NCBI RefSeq assembly: GCF_003010495.1
Contig: NZ_CP027570.1
Location: 1,320,001 to 1,352,000, forward strand
Source: Megasphaera elsdenii DSM 20460
GTDB lineage: Bacteria > Bacillota > Negativicutes > Veillonellales > Megasphaeraceae
Direction of reading: 5' to 3'
Length of the DNA: 32,000 nucleotides
Positions 31,711-32,000 of this stretch are shown here, one piece after another; the first letter of the stretch is position 1, and each line of letters starts with the position of its first letter. Under the pieces are notes generated by a model, which searched no databases, was not told where the DNA came from, and saw only the letters and a list, made by a program, of their open reading frames with translations. A program made the position numbers and the translations under genes.

Positions 31711-32000
31711 GTGAATGAATCTTCGATTGGCGAAGTATTGCGACTGGCAAGAGAACAACAGGGGCTGACGCTGCAGGATGTGTCTTATGCCCTCAATATA
31801 AAGCGGGAATACCTGGAAGCCCTGGAAAAAGACGAATACGATGCCATCCCCGGTGCCGTCTTCGTCAAAGGTTTCCTCCGCAACTATGGCAATTTCCTGG
31901 AACTGGACGGCGTTGCCCTGGCCCGGGAATATAAGGAAAACGTCGAAGAGCGGACCCCGCAGCCGGAAGTGCGGACTATTATGCCCGTGAAAAAGAAGAA
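31711..32000 (+). CDS. rodZ: RodZ-like cytoskeleton protein with an N-terminal XRE-type HTH (5' part; runs off the window)
   Basis: GTG 31711 follows GGGAGAGG. My own translation has no stop to the window end: VNESSIGEVLRLAREQQGLTLQDVSYALNIKREYLEALEKDEYDAIPGAVFVKGFLRNYGNFLELDG... This is the typical RodZ N-terminal HTH pattern. It is absent from the ORF track, presumably because no stop lies in the window. Confidence 0.7.
   Translation, partial: MNESSIGEVLRLAREQQGLTLQDVSYALNIKREYLEALEKDEYDAIPGAVFVKGFLRNYGNFLELDGVALAREYKENVEERTPQPEVRTIMPVKKK

Noticed and set aside
1-32000. Mobile genetic element, prophage, defense island or toxin-antitoxin content
   Set aside because: I recognised no integrase, transposase, phage structural, restriction-modification, Cas or toxin/antitoxin-like motif in any frame. 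Apart from the tolC patches, composition is uniform.

Overview
This is a chromosomal window from a diderm (LPS outer-membrane) Firmicute. From gene content and GC-rich third codon positions I infer a Negativicutes/Veillonellales genome of Megasphaera-like composition; this was not verified by any search. Nearly all genes are on the + strand.

Gene order, left to right:
- murA (3' part) and an mreB/mbl-like gene.
- An exported lipoyl-fold mini-protein translationally coupled to a PDZ-less SpoIVB-type S55 peptidase.
- A large outer-membrane (OM) biogenesis cluster: mlaE, mlaF, a long mlaD with a beta-barrel-like C-terminus, tolC, tamB, a FliA/SigD-like sigma factor plus a single-pass Pro/Ala-rich membrane protein, bamA (frameshifted as given), an unknown exported protein, three skp/ompH paralogs, lpxD, and a late lipid A acyltransferase.
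- An xpaC-like/telA pair, a HAD-IIB hydrolase (the only convincing minus-strand gene), and tkt.
- A rod-shaped ncRNA candidate of about 190 nt (6S-like) with its own promoter, then rarA, ftsK and the start of a rodZ-like gene.

I saw no rRNA, tRNA, CRISPR array, transposase or integrase.

Items most worth a second look:
1. The sigma-28-family sigma factor, the putative anti-sigma and a sigma-28-type promoter embedded in the OM cluster directly upstream of bamA.
2. A 1-nt frame break inside bamA.
3. Two low-GC, foreign-codon patches in tolC that coincide with its two beta-barrel hairpins.
4. A GTAGGGG-initiated GC-rich hairpin repeat family, present at gene ends and twice in frame inside the ftsK linker, with a compensatory base-pair change.
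5. The 6S-like RNA.
6. The uncharacterised exported protein between bamA and skp.

All family assignments come from motif recognition by eye; no database search was possible.
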